NCBI GenBank assembly: GCA_023245765.1
Contig: JAHFJP010000005.1
Location: 997 to 64,996, forward strand
Direction: 5' to 3'
DNA: 64,000 bases
Source: Candidatus Peribacteria bacterium
GTDB lineage: Bacteria; Patescibacteriota; Gracilibacteria; Peribacterales; Peribacteraceae
Part shown: positions 42,775-51,752 of the stretch, one piece after another
Numbering within the stretch: the first letter of the stretch is position 1
Layout of the letters: the number at the start of each line of letters is the position of its first letter
Translations under genes and position numbers: made by a program
Notes under the pieces: model-generated
The model's database searches: none
Told to the model about the DNA's origin: nothing
The model's input: the letters and a program-made list of their open reading frames with translations, nothing else

Positions 42775-43251
42775 TTATGGAATATCAATTTTCCGGTTCG
42801 GCAGTCCGTCGAAGATCTTCTTTAGCTCCTGCACATTCGTCTGGATCGTCTTCGTCGTCACGCCGGGCGAGAACAGATAGTCTGTATGCGTGAAGAGTGT
42901 GGGATCGAGCAGAATTGTGATGTCGCTGGAGAATCCGAACGGAGCGACACAGCCGGGGACGCATTGTGCCACTGCGCGCACGTCGTCTTCGGATGCGATG
43001 GAGAGTTTGACGCCGAGGAGCTCCTTCAGCTTCTTGAAATCGACCCGCTGTCCCTGGAACGTCACGAAGACGTAGTACGTGCTGTCGTCGCCCTTCATGA
43101 AGACGTTCTTACTCTCGGTGCCGGACCACTGGAACTTCTGCTTCTGCTTTTCGGCATCGTCGTAGTTGAGGATCGGCTCATGGTCGAATTCCTTGTAGGG
43201 GATCTGGTGCTGCCGGAGGAGGCCGATGATCGCGTCGTAGACAGAAGCCAC
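42775..43251 (-). CDS. YbaK/ProX-type aminoacyl-tRNA editing (deacylase) domain protein
   Basis: 158 aa. CVPGCVAPFGF is typical of the YbaK/ProRS-associated domain. GTG start. Confidence 0.65.
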   Translation of the reverse strand: MASVYDAIIGLLRQHQIPYKEFDHEPILNYDDAEKQKQKFQWSGTESKNVFMKGDDSTYYVFVTFQGQRVDFKKLKELLGVKLSIASEDDVRAVAQCVPGCVAPFGFSSDITILLDPTLFTHTDYLFSPGVTTKTIQTNVQELKKIFDGLPNRKIDIP

Positions 43252-43257
43252 GCATTC

Positions 43258-43263
43258 ATTTTA
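43258..43263 (-). promoter_or_regulatory. -10 box TAAAAT, 6 nt before the GTG of the YbaK-like gene
   Basis: On the minus strand: TAAAAT-GAATGC-GTG. Confidence 0.4.
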
Positions 43264-43345
43264 TGGCATTCCCTCCATTAATCCATGAATCGATGGGAGT
43301 AGAATATTGGCTTTGCGACGGAGAAAATGTATATTCCACCCCTTT

Positions 43346-44698
43346 ATGGCAAATCTTGAAGGACTGCTGGCATATACCGAACAGGTGGTTCACTTCACTC
43401 CTCCGGAGCTCGGTGAACTAGTCGATCATTTCGGATTCCCCGTGAATCTCGCAGCGGAGTACGTCAAAGCGACTGACGCTGATTTGGATGCAAAGAAGCG
43501 ATTAGAGAGCGCAAAGAAGGCGTTGCAGTTGATCGATCACATGCGGAGCGGTGAGAATGGCCTCCGCGGAAAAATATTCGACGTTCTTACCGCTTCGATG
43601 TTGGCGACGGCGTCGACTCTTTCGATTCATCTATATGAATCGATGCCCATGGCGGACGTTCCTTGCGACGAAGCATATCGCATCACTGCGGAGACTCTGC
43701 GGGGAGCAGCTGGTCCGGAGTGGCGATCGGTGAATAGACTCAATGGCTTTGCCGACGAATTCGATTGCATTGGCAGAACACTTATCGATGCGGACATCAA
43801 ACGGAATCCGACGCATGGTGCGAATCGTATGCCCGATTACGTTGATGCCATTGTGAACAAAAGAGTCAATACGAGTGGCGTCGTCTCGGTGAAGCGGTCG
43901 CGTAATGACTTCATGCGCTTTGACGGTGCGGCAAACTTTGGACAGGTGGGGGTTCAGATTGCCCTTCAGGAGGCGATGCGCCGCGCGAAGGGCCGTTCCT
44001 TCACCGTCGCGGGCCGCAATATGTATCACGCGGGCAGACTGGAATTCTTCGTACGACAGGCTGTGCAACAAGGATTCCTCTGCATTGCTATGCTCAATAC
44101 CGGAGGGAGAGGCCGTGTGTCGAGTTATCCCGACGGACTGGATCCGATCATGGGCACAAATCCGTTTTCCTTTGGAGTCCCCGATGGGAAGAACGGGATT
44201 GTGTTCGACATGGCGACGAGCGCGCAGACGGAAGGTCTGGTGAACGTCTGCAAGGCGAACGGTCTCGTTTTACCGATGTGGATATTACGAGGTCACGACA
44301 ATCGGCCGACCACAAATCCTGCGGATCTCTATCTAGCCCAGAACCCGGCCATTCTGTTGCCCGCCGGAGCGCACAAAGGAACCGGTGCGGCGGAAATGGT
44401 CGAGCTGATGATTGATCAGACGAGTGGACGGCAAGTGGGGCAATCGCCTCCGGCAAAGACAAATGCTTTCTATCTGCATCTTTTGGATCTGAAGGGAATA
44501 GCGGACATAGGAATCGTGGCAGAATTCGCGAACAAGGTCGCAAGCATTAATACTGCGTCAGGCAAGCCGGGTCGTTTGCCAGGCACGCGAGGGCAAGCGG
44601 CTCTCGAGGAAGCTCACAGAACGAATATCGTTCGCATACCACTGGAAAGCTGGAATGCTGTTCTGACACTTCATAAAGAGCATTGTACAAAGGCGTAA
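43346..44698 (+). CDS. Ldh_2 family (malate/L-lactate/sulfolactate-type) oxidoreductase with a unique N-terminal extension
   Basis: GTNPFSFGVP and AGAHKGTGAAEMVELM are core Ldh_2 motifs. The first 110 aa or so are not recognisable. The ORF opens at TTG 43307; ATG 43346 is preferred. Confidence 0.65.
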   Translation: MANLEGLLAYTEQVVHFTPPELGELVDHFGFPVNLAAEYVKATDADLDAKKRLESAKKALQLIDHMRSGENGLRGKIFDVLTASMLATASTLSIHLYESMPMADVPCDEAYRITAETLRGAAGPEWRSVNRLNGFADEFDCIGRTLIDADIKRNPTHGANRMPDYVDAIVNKRVNTSGVVSVKRSRNDFMRFDGAANFGQVGVQIALQEAMRRAKGRSFTVAGRNMYHAGRLEFFVRQAVQQGFLCIAMLNTGGRGRVSSYPDGLDPIMGTNPFSFGVPDGKNGIVFDMATSAQTEGLVNVCKANGLVLPMWILRGHDNRPTTNPADLYLAQNPAILLPAGAHKGTGAAEMVELMIDQTSGRQVGQSPPAKTNAFYLHLLDLKGIADIGIVAEFANKVASINTASGKPGRLPGTRGQAALEEAHRTNIVRIPLESWNAVLTLHKEHCTKA

Positions 44699-44713
44699 GT
44701 TCGCTGAGCGCGC

Positions 44714-44719
44714 TATACT
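44714..44719 (+). promoter_or_regulatory. -10 box TATACT, 6 nt before the bcp ATG
   Basis: TATACT at 44714-44719, ATG at 44726. Confidence 0.45.
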
Positions 44720-44725
44720 CTTTGC

Positions 44726-45202
44726 ATGTTGCTCATAAAAGGAACTCCAGCTCCAGACTTCTCATTAACCGATCAAGACGGTGCTACACATTCTCTGACT
44801 AGCCAGCGCGGCCACTGGGTGCTCATCTACTTCTACCCCAAAGACGACACGCCGGGGTGTACGACGGAATCGTGCGGCTTTCGCGATCATTTTCATGCGC
44901 TCAAAAACAGCGGCGTGACCGTCTTTGGTGTCAGCAAGGATTCCGTGGAGAGCCACAAAAAATTCGCCGGGAAGTACGCGCTTCCCTTTCCGTTGCTCGC
45001 TGATCCGGAAATGTCGATGATCGAGGCCTACGGTGCGTGGGGACAGAAGAAATTTTTAGGCAAAACATACGATGGCATTCTGCGGATCTCGTACCTGATT
45101 GATCCGGACGGGAAGATCGCGAAAGTGTACGAGAAAGTGAAACCCGAGGAGCATCCAGCGGAAGTGGTACGCGATATTGCCGCTCTCCAATCCGGCCAGT
45201 AG
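44726..45202 (+). CDS. bcp: thiol peroxidase Bcp (peroxiredoxin)
   Basis: YFYPKDDTPGCTTESCGF. Confidence 0.88.
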   Translation: MLLIKGTPAPDFSLTDQDGATHSLTSQRGHWVLIYFYPKDDTPGCTTESCGFRDHFHALKNSGVTVFGVSKDSVESHKKFAGKYALPFPLLADPEMSMIEAYGAWGQKKFLGKTYDGILRISYLIDPDGKIAKVYEKVKPEEHPAEVVRDIAALQSGQ

Positions 45203-45215
45203 AGTGACTGCCGAT

Positions 45216-45416
45216 ATGCCATCCAAAAAACTGGAAAAAGCATCTTCTCGAAAGGAAACAGAGCGGCCAAACCGGCGAAAAGTCATTGAGCGTTCACGGT
45301 CGAAGAGAGGATTGATCCTCGGCGGACTTGGCGTCGTGGGGGTTCTGGGTGCGGCGGGAGGAGCAGCGTGGTTGTATCTTGCGGATAGGTTGGGTCAGCT
45401 GAGCGGGAGGCGGTAG
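45216..45416 (+). CDS. hypothetical small basic single-TM protein
   Basis: 66 aa. A Lys/Arg-rich N-terminus is followed by GLILGGLGVVGVLGAAGGAAWLYL. A terminator follows. Confidence 0.3.
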   Translation: MPSKKLEKASSRKETERPNRRKVIERSRSKRGLILGGLGVVGVLGAAGGAAWLYLADRLGQLSGRR

Positions 45417-45422
45417 TTCGTG

Positions 45423-45467
45423 ACCCCCTCACACTAGTCCTCAGGGGGTGTTTTGTTTTGTTTTTTT
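45423..45467 (+). terminator. hairpin plus long T-tract
   Basis: ACCCCCT-(13 nt loop)-AGGGGGT followed by GTTTTGTTTTGTTTTTTT. Confidence 0.55.
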
Positions 45468-45486
45468 GTCTAGAATGGCGTTCCCT

Positions 45487-46359
45487 ATGAAAGGTCGAAA
45501 CATTCTCGGCGAAGACCTGGCCCGCATGCTCAAGGGCGGCGTGATTATGGATGTGGTGACGGCCAAGCAGGCGGTGATCGCCGAGAAGGCGGGTGCCTGC
45601 GCGGTCATGGCGCTCGAGCGCGTGCCATCCGACATTCGCGCGCAGGGAGGAGTCGCGCGGATGAGCGATCCCAAGTTGATCAAAGAGATCCAGAAGGCCG
45701 TGAGCATCCCCGTGATGGCGAAGGTCCGTATCGGGCATACCGCAGAAGCGAGAATTCTCGAAGCGCTCGAGATCGATTTCATCGATGAGTCCGAGGTTCT
45801 CACGCCCGCCGATCCGTTTGCGCACGTCGAGAAGCGTTCGTTCAACATTCCTTTCGTCTGCGGCGCGACCAATCTCGGTGAGGCGCTGCGGAGGATCAAC
45901 GAAGGTGCGGCGATGATCCGCACGAAGGGTGAGGCGGGGACGGGCAATGTGGTCGAGGCCGTTCGGCATCTCAAAATGATCAAAAAGGAAATCGCAGATC
46001 TGCAGAAGATGTCGCCGGGGCAATTGAAGAAGTGGGCGACTGAGCAGCGAGTGCCAGTCGATCTTCTTTTGAAGGTCAAGAAGGCGCAGAGGCTTCCCGT
46101 CGTCACGTTTGTCGCCGGAGGCGTTGCCACTCCCGCTGATGCAGCACTCCTCATGATGCTTGGAGCCGAAGGAGTCTTTGTTGGTTCAGGAATCTTCAAA
46201 TCAGCAGATCCCCGCCGGACCGCAGAAGCGATTGTGCAGGCGACGGTGCACTACAACGACGCGAAGAAGCTGGCGGAGGTTTCTACAGGGCTTCCGCAGC
46301 CGATGGCGGGTCTGGAGATTTCGGCTTTGGGAAGCCGAATGCAGGAAAGGGGGTGGTAA
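45487..46359 (+). CDS. pdxS: pyridoxal 5'-phosphate synthase lyase subunit PdxS
   Basis: [31 protein letters not shown] and [11 protein letters not shown]. The start is chosen 10 nt after TAGAAT (45471-45476). Confidence 0.9.
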   Translation: MKGRNILGEDLARMLKGGVIMDVVTAKQAVIAEKAGACAVMALERVPSDIRAQGGVARMSDPKLIKEIQKAVSIPVMAKVRIGHTAEARILEALEIDFIDESEVLTPADPFAHVEKRSFNIPFVCGATNLGEALRRINEGAAMIRTKGEAGTGNVVEAVRHLKMIKKEIADLQKMSPGQLKKWATEQRVPVDLLLKVKKAQRLPVVTFVAGGVATPADAALLMMLGAEGVFVGSGIFKSADPRRTAEAIVQATVHYNDAKKLAEVSTGLPQPMAGLEISALGSRMQERGW

Positions 46360-46409
46360 AATTATTGTCTGAAGTTGACCGTATAACAAAAATAATCTAT
46401 AGATATCAT

Positions 46410-46955
46410 ATGTCTGAGTCACAACGCATTGTTGCTCATACGGCTCATGGGGATGTTATTCAGGTTCCGGGGCCAGCAGACTCGGGGACCGTTATTCGAT
46501 TTCCCACCGTATGTACGTTGGGGGATTTGGAGGATGCACATCAGCCCCAAAAGACGGATAGCGGAGATCCCGGCCCGTCGAGAATTTCCGTTTCAGGGAC
46601 TCGTTTGAAATCCTTGCTTACGGATCCGGGAGATTACTCTGTTATCGCTCCTGGAACTGGGAGGGATTTCAATGCTTTTTCCGTCGATGATTTTCAGAAA
46701 GAAGTGAAGAGGATGTGGGGTCATGAGTGGGATCTAGCACCTGCTACCGTTCTTTTGGCGGCACTCATCATGCAGATGCGCAGAAGAGTGGTGGGTAATT
46801 CAAATTTTGTCTCGTCCGAAGGCGCTGTGCTGCATACGTTCGATGCACAGTCCTCGGGTCCCCGTATAGAAGTCTTTCAGCCCTCTGAGGCACTCGGTAT
46901 AACAAAAGTAATCAGTCATTATGTTGCTGCGTGCAAGAGAATAACGAATGCGTGA
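46410..46955 (+). CDS. hypothetical protein inserted between pdxS and pdxT
   Basis: 181 aa from the internal ATG (MSESQRIV...). About 45% GC. No recognised motifs. Confidence 0.45.
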   Translation: MSESQRIVAHTAHGDVIQVPGPADSGTVIRFPTVCTLGDLEDAHQPQKTDSGDPGPSRISVSGTRLKSLLTDPGDYSVIAPGTGRDFNAFSVDDFQKEVKRMWGHEWDLAPATVLLAALIMQMRRRVVGNSNFVSSEGAVLHTFDAQSSGPRIEVFQPSEALGITKVISHYVAACKRITNA

Positions 46956-46987
46956 AAAGGAAAGTACATCTGTTAGGATGCTTTTCC

Positions 46988-47551
46988 ATGGCAATTGGAG
47001 TCTTAGCATTTCACGGCGACTTTGCGGAGCATCTGGAGATTCTCCGGACTCTCACGGTTACAGGGCTCGAAGTCCGCTCACTCGATGATCTCAAAAAAAT
47101 TGATCGTCTGATCATTCCGGGTGGCGAGAGCACGGTGATCAGTCGCTTTCTCGCCGAGACTGGAGTCGGAAAGGAAATCATTCGTCGCGTGCACGAAAGC
47201 ACACTCGCTGTTTATGGGACCTGTGCAGGAGCAATCCTCATTGCACGGAACATCACCGGGAAGAATGCACCGCGACCACTTGGACTCATCGATATCACGA
47301 TTGATCGCAACGCGTATGGGTCGCAGATGCAGAGTTTTGAAACGGAGATCATCGTGAAGGGAATTGCCAAGAAGCTTCCCGTTGCCTTCATTCGTGCGCC
47401 GATCATCACGAAGGTAGGGACTGATGTGCAGATTCTCTCAATGCATAAAGGCCATCCGGTCCTCGTACAGCAGGGAAGAATTCTTGCGGGAACGTTTCAC
47501 CCGGAGGTCAGGGAACAGTTTGCGGTCCATAAACTCTTTCTACGCCTTTAG
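46988..47551 (+). CDS. pdxT: pyridoxal 5'-phosphate synthase glutaminase subunit PdxT
   Basis: MAIGVLAFHGDFAEH, IIPGGESTV, GTCAGAILI and FHPE. TGTTAGGAT lies 8 nt upstream of the ATG. Confidence 0.88.
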   Translation: MAIGVLAFHGDFAEHLEILRTLTVTGLEVRSLDDLKKIDRLIIPGGESTVISRFLAETGVGKEIIRRVHESTLAVYGTCAGAILIARNITGKNAPRPLGLIDITIDRNAYGSQMQSFETEIIVKGIAKKLPVAFIRAPIITKVGTDVQILSMHKGHPVLVQQGRILAGTFHPEVREQFAVHKLFLRL

Positions 47552-47557
47552 TTTGAG

Positions 47558-47599
47558 AACCCTCACCCCTGCCCTCTCCCTTAAAAGGGAGAGGGTGCC
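47558..47599. repeat. CCCTCACCC / CCCTCTCCC-loop-GGGAGAGGG hairpin element, intergenic copy
   Basis: AACCCTCACCCCTGCCCTCTCCC-TTAAAA-GGGAGAGGGTGCC. It is related to 57744-57795. Confidence 0.8.
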
Positions 47600-47632
47600 T
47601 TGCGAGTGTTTTTCGTCTACCATATGAGCCCA

Positions 47633-49450
47633 ATGGACATCCGTAACTTCTGCATCATCGCGCATATTGATCATGGGAAGTCGACCCTCTCCGACCGCAT
47701 GATTGAGATGACGGGCACGCTCCAAAAGCGGGAGATGAAAGAACAGACGCTCGACATGATGGATCTGGAGCGCGAGCGCGGCATCACGATCAAGCTCACG
47801 CCGGTTCGTATGGAATGGAAGGGCGTTGAACTGAATCTGATCGACACTCCAGGTCATACCGATTTCCGCTACGAAGTCAGTCGGTCGCTTGCCGCTTGTG
47901 AGGGAGCCGTGCTGCTCATCGACGCGTCACAGGGTATTCAGGCCCAGACGCTTGCAGTCCTCTACATGGCGCTTGAGCACAATCTGACGATCATTCCTGT
48001 TCTCAATAAGATTGATCTGCCGGCAGCGGATCCCGAGCGTGTCAGCGAGGAAGTTGTCAAACTCATCGGATGCAAAAAAGAAGATATTCTCCTCATTTCC
48101 GCAAAAGAGGGTAGGGGAGTCACCGATGTTCTTCAGGCCGTTATTGATCGCATTCCACAGCCGAAATTGCATGGAACAGGCGCGGGGAAGACGCGCGCGC
48201 TTATCTTCGATGCGATTATGGATTCCTACCGTGGAGCTGTCGGGTACATCCGTGTGATTGAAGGCGAAATCAAGAAAGGACAGAAGGTTCATCTCCTCGG
48301 AACAAAAACGCCGTTTGAAGTCCTGGAGGTAGGCCACTTCGCACCCAAGTACGTTGCCGACGATCTCCTCTCCGAAGGACAAATCGGGTACGTGGTCTCG
48401 GGTCTCCGCGATGTGAAGGGACTGCGGGTCGGCGATACCATTTCGTCATCACAGGAGCTGACGATGCTCCCCGGTTACAAACAAGTGCAGCCGATGGTCT
48501 TTGCGGGTCTCTATCCGACGGAAGCGGATGATTACCCACAGCTTCGGGAGGGGATTGAAAAACTGTCGCTCAATGATGCTGCACTTCAGTGGGAACATGA
48601 GCGCAACGGCGCACTGGGCAATGGTTTTCGCTGTGGATTCCTCGGTCTGCTGCATCTCGATATCATTCAGGAGCGCCTGGAGCGCGAATACAACTGCAAC
48701 CTGATTGTCACAGCCCCGAGCGTGCTCTACGAAGTGAAATTAACCTCGCGCAATCCGGCCGAAGTCGTCAGGGCTAGTCTCCTCAAAACTGATGAACCGG
48801 GAGTCGCCCGCATCAGTAATCCCGCGGATATGCCCGATCCATCCGTGATCGATGAGATTCGAGAGCCCTGGGTGAAGCTCGAGATTGTGTGTCGTGAGAA
48901 GGATGTGGGAGCATCCATGAAGCTTGTCCAGGACCGGCGAGGTATCAACAAGGCGATGCAATTTTTGGATGCAGACAGGGCTCTTCTCGAATTTGAAATC
49001 CCTCTCCAAGGTATCGTTTTGGACTTTTTCGATCACCTCAAGTCCGCATCCTCCGGGTACGCATCTATGAGCTATGACCATCTGGGATATAGAGCCGGTG
49101 ATCTGGTGAAGCTCGATCTATTGTTGATGGGTGAGCCAGCCGACGCCCTCTCGACCGTTGTGCATCGTAGCGAAGCGCATGATGTGGGCAGCGTCATCTG
49201 CAAGCAACTCAAAGAAGTCCTACCCAAGGCGCAATTCCCCATCGCGATTCAGGCAGCCATTGGCGGGAAGATCGTCGCGCGTGAGACTGTTCAAGCGCTC
49301 CGGAAAGACGTCACAGGGTATCTGTACGGAGGGGACGTGACGCGGAAGAACAAGCTGCTCGATAAGCAGAAAAAAGGAAAGAAGCGGATGAAGATGATGG
49401 GGAAGGTAAATCTTAGCCAAGAAGCGTTCTTGGCGGTGCTCAAGCGCTAG
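47633..49450 (+). CDS. lepA: elongation factor 4
   Basis: MDIRNFCIIAHIDHGKSTL, DTPGHTDF, NKID. The ORF opens at 47600 and ATG 47624 is also possible. Confidence 0.92.
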   Translation: MDIRNFCIIAHIDHGKSTLSDRMIEMTGTLQKREMKEQTLDMMDLERERGITIKLTPVRMEWKGVELNLIDTPGHTDFRYEVSRSLAACEGAVLLIDASQGIQAQTLAVLYMALEHNLTIIPVLNKIDLPAADPERVSEEVVKLIGCKKEDILLISAKEGRGVTDVLQAVIDRIPQPKLHGTGAGKTRALIFDAIMDSYRGAVGYIRVIEGEIKKGQKVHLLGTKTPFEVLEVGHFAPKYVADDLLSEGQIGYVVSGLRDVKGLRVGDTISSSQELTMLPGYKQVQPMVFAGLYPTEADDYPQLREGIEKLSLNDAALQWEHERNGALGNGFRCGFLGLLHLDIIQERLEREYNCNLIVTAPSVLYEVKLTSRNPAEVVRASLLKTDEPGVARISNPADMPDPSVIDEIREPWVKLEIVCREKDVGASMKLVQDRRGINKAMQFLDADRALLEFEIPLQGIVLDFFDHLKSASSGYASMSYDHLGYRAGDLVKLDLLLMGEPADALSTVVHRSEAHDVGSVICKQLKEVLPKAQFPIAIQAAIGGKIVARETVQALRKDVTGYLYGGDVTRKNKLLDKQKKGKKRMKMMGKVNLSQEAFLAVLKR

Positions 49451-49451
49451 A

Positions 49452-49922
49452 TCACTCCCACGTCGTTGATTGACCTTGCCATTGTTTCTTTCCCAAAGAA
49501 TCACGAGTATCAACGTATACTTCGATGCCATTTCCGTCGGGATCTTCAAAGTACACAGCTTTGCTGATCCCATGATTCACAGCACTGAATGAGACCCTGA
49601 GTGAGCCGAGTCGATCGCGGAGGCTTCGAAGCTGATCGATATCCATCAGCTCAACGGCGAAGTGATAGAGTCCAACATCTTCGGATCGTGGGCTCTTCGC
49701 GTCGCTTCCAACTTCGTTCAGCGCGATGTCGTGGTGCGCATTACCAAAGCTCAGGAATGCGAATGTGCCAACACGTTCAGTCATTTGCATACCGAAAACG
49801 CTCCGGTAGAACTCAATCGAGCGGTCAAGCATTCGAACTTTCAAATGCACGTGGCCGATGCGGGCATGTTTGAGGTTATCCACAGTCTGGATGATGCCTG
49901 CTGCATATGATACTGCAAGCAT
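49452..49922 (-). CDS. VOC (glyoxalase/bleomycin-resistance/extradiol dioxygenase) family protein
   Basis: IGHVHLKVRMLDRSIEFYRSVFGM and LYHFAVEL. Confidence 0.7.
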   Translation of the reverse strand: MLAVSYAAGIIQTVDNLKHARIGHVHLKVRMLDRSIEFYRSVFGMQMTERVGTFAFLSFGNAHHDIALNEVGSDAKSPRSEDVGLYHFAVELMDIDQLRSLRDRLGSLRVSFSAVNHGISKAVYFEDPDGNGIEVYVDTRDSLGKKQWQGQSTTWE

Positions 49923-49938
49923 ATGCCGCCGTTTCCTT

Positions 49939-50229
49939 TTACATTCGTATATTTTTTTTCTGCAGTTTCTTGAGCCGAGCTGCCAGCGCTCCGTTCTCGT
50001 AGCGCATTACGCGCGCGCAGCGGCTCACTTTGGCGATGCTCGTTCGCGCGGCCTTCGCAATTGTGCGATGCGAAACGCCTGCGGCAACGCTGCGCATGAT
50101 CTGCCAGCGCTTGGCGATGTAGTTGATTTCGGCAGGGGAAAGAAGATCCCGTAACAGACGCTCAGCGTCCTTCTGGTCCCGAATGGAACTAAACAGCCTG
50201 TATAGCTCTTTATGCTGTGGATCTGTCAT
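49939..50229 (-). CDS. TrpR-like YerC/YecD family DNA-binding protein
   Basis: 96 aa. LLSPAEINYIAKRWQIMRSVAAGVSHRTIAKAARTSIAKVSR. Confidence 0.7.
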   Translation of the reverse strand: MTDPQHKELYRLFSSIRDQKDAERLLRDLLSPAEINYIAKRWQIMRSVAAGVSHRTIAKAARTSIAKVSRCARVMRYENGALAARLKKLQKKNIRM

Positions 50230-50293
50230 GAACGCAGTATAGCATGTCTATTGGCCTTTTCCAAGCCAGTGTGATACCACGTACTAGTACATC

Positions 50294-50460
50294 TTGACAG
50301 CACTTTCCAGGCATGAAACACTGTCGGCCAATGTTCAATTTCTCCACGACGGCCGGTTCCTATTACGCCTTCTCCATCTGCGGAGAGAGCGCGGCATCGT
50401 GACAGAAATCCCCACGACCGATATCGCCCCCTCTCCGTAGCGAGAGGGTTTTATTATTTT
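50294..50460 (+). promoter_or_regulatory. candidate leader-peptide attenuator: promoter, 23-codon leader ORF, alternative hairpins and terminator upstream of the TauD-like gene
   Basis: TTGACA (50294-50299), then 17 nt, then AACACT. Leader ORF 50331-50402 (MFNFSTTAGSYYAFSICGESAAS). Segment pairs: TCTCC (50371-75)/GGAGA (50383-87), GGAGAG (50383-88)/CTCTCC (50431-36), CCCTCTC (50429-35)/GAGAGGG (50442-48) followed by TTTTATTATTTT. Confidence 0.4.
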
Positions 50461-50474
50461 CACTAAAATCTATT

Positions 50475-51176
50475 ATGCCAAACATACTAAAATCATTGGT
50501 AGACAAGGATGTTCTAGCTAACAGAGGGTACGTTCTAGTGCATGGCCTAGACACAAATTGCGCACGAGAAGAATTGCTTCGCATTCTCGGAGACGTCGCA
50601 AACCCAGTCGCATTTTTTGATCAGCCGATGATTATGGATGTCACCCCTTTGGAAGGTGCCCAGCCTACGTCATACGCGGGGAAAGGACAGTTCGATTTAC
50701 ACACAGATCTAACATTTCACGATGCCCCACCGGCACATATGGCCATGTTTTGCATCGCAGCTGACGAAGTTGGAGGAGACTCAGTCCTTGCCGATGGATT
50801 TTCCGTGTTCGATTCTTTTTCTCTAAATGAACAGCAAATGTTTAGAGAGTCACTCATCCCTTTTCCCCAGCCAAAACACATCAATGGAGGCAGGCCAGTT
50901 CTCAGGCCGATTATGAGTGGTACTGATGACATACGATTACTACGTTTCAGATTGGATATGCTCGATCTTGCTTCTCTCCCGGCAGATATTCGGAATTTGC
51001 TCGTAGAATTCCGAAAAAGAGCCGAGCAAACCATGATGCAATTCCACATGCAACCGGGTGAGCTGCAATTGGTGAATAACCATCGTATGCTGCATGGGAG
51101 AACAGCCATCACCACTATTCCCTCGAAGAGACATCTATTGAGGGCATATGGTTCACTTCCGATGCCTACTGCTTGA
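50475..51176 (+). CDS. TauD/TfdA-family Fe(II)/2-oxoglutarate dioxygenase
   Basis: HTDLTFHDAPPAHMAMFC (HxD) and NHRMLHGR (distal His and Arg). Confidence 0.6.
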   Translation: MPNILKSLVDKDVLANRGYVLVHGLDTNCAREELLRILGDVANPVAFFDQPMIMDVTPLEGAQPTSYAGKGQFDLHTDLTFHDAPPAHMAMFCIAADEVGGDSVLADGFSVFDSFSLNEQQMFRESLIPFPQPKHINGGRPVLRPIMSGTDDIRLLRFRLDMLDLASLPADIRNLLVEFRKRAEQTMMQFHMQPGELQLVNNHRMLHGRTAITTIPSKRHLLRAYGSLPMPTA

Positions 51177-51203
51177 TGGCGAACCGTTCAACATCGAATA
51201 TGC

Positions 51204-51752
51204 ATGAAAATGAATCTCATCTTCCCCCTCCACTCAGCCTTCCTCGCAATTCCTCTCAAGGGCCCCGCGAAGGCGGTGTATCAAGAACTCCAACACCGCC
51301 TGAAGAATTTTGATGACATTCTCCGCTACCAAAATCCAGAGTCGCCGCATCTCACGCTCCAGTTCTGGAAGGAGGTAATGGAGATCGAGTATTACCAGAT
51401 CATTCCGCAAAGCAAGAAGATTGCCGATACATCCTCACCGTTCACTCTCAAAGTCCAGGGGGTCTCTACATTCGGATCACGCGGTGAAGATCGCGTCCTG
51501 TATCTCGATATCCCATTCAGCGACGAGCTCGCGCGTCTCAAGAAGCGCTGCCCGTGGCCCAATATCGATCCATTTACGCCGCACATTACACTCGCGCGAA
51601 TCAAGCACCCGCAGAAGTTTGCCGTGCACAAGAAAAAAATTATGAAGCTCTTGGATGATGTGGAGTTCGAGATGATCGTGGATCGCGTTCGTTTGTATGC
51701 CGAAATTCAGGGTGTGAAGCAAACAATGCTCCAGGACTTCATTTTCGCATGA
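51204..51752 (+). CDS. thpR: RNA 2',3'-cyclic phosphodiesterase (2H/LigT family)
   Basis: Two HxT motifs: PHLTLQF and PHITLAR. Confidence 0.75.
   Translation: MKMNLIFPLHSAFLAIPLKGPAKAVYQELQHRLKNFDDILRYQNPESPHLTLQFWKEVMEIEYYQIIPQSKKIADTSSPFTLKVQGVSTFGSRGEDRVLYLDIPFSDELARLKKRCPWPNIDPFTPHITLARIKHPQKFAVHKKKIMKLLDDVEFEMIVDRVRLYAEIQGVKQTMLQDFIFA

Noticed and set aside
47572-47595. The CCCTCTCCC-TTAAAA-GGGAGAGGG hairpin as a simple intrinsic terminator for pdxT.
   Set aside because: The T-run starts only about 13 nt after the stem, and the same element occurs inside the purL CDS. I therefore treat it primarily as a repeat element, though a terminator role is not excluded.
50230-50474. A known riboswitch class upstream of the TauD-like gene.
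   Set aside because: I could not recognise the conserved core of any riboswitch I know (glycine, SAM, TPP, guanidine, ZTP and others). The leader-peptide attenuator model fits the visible structure better, but it is unproven.
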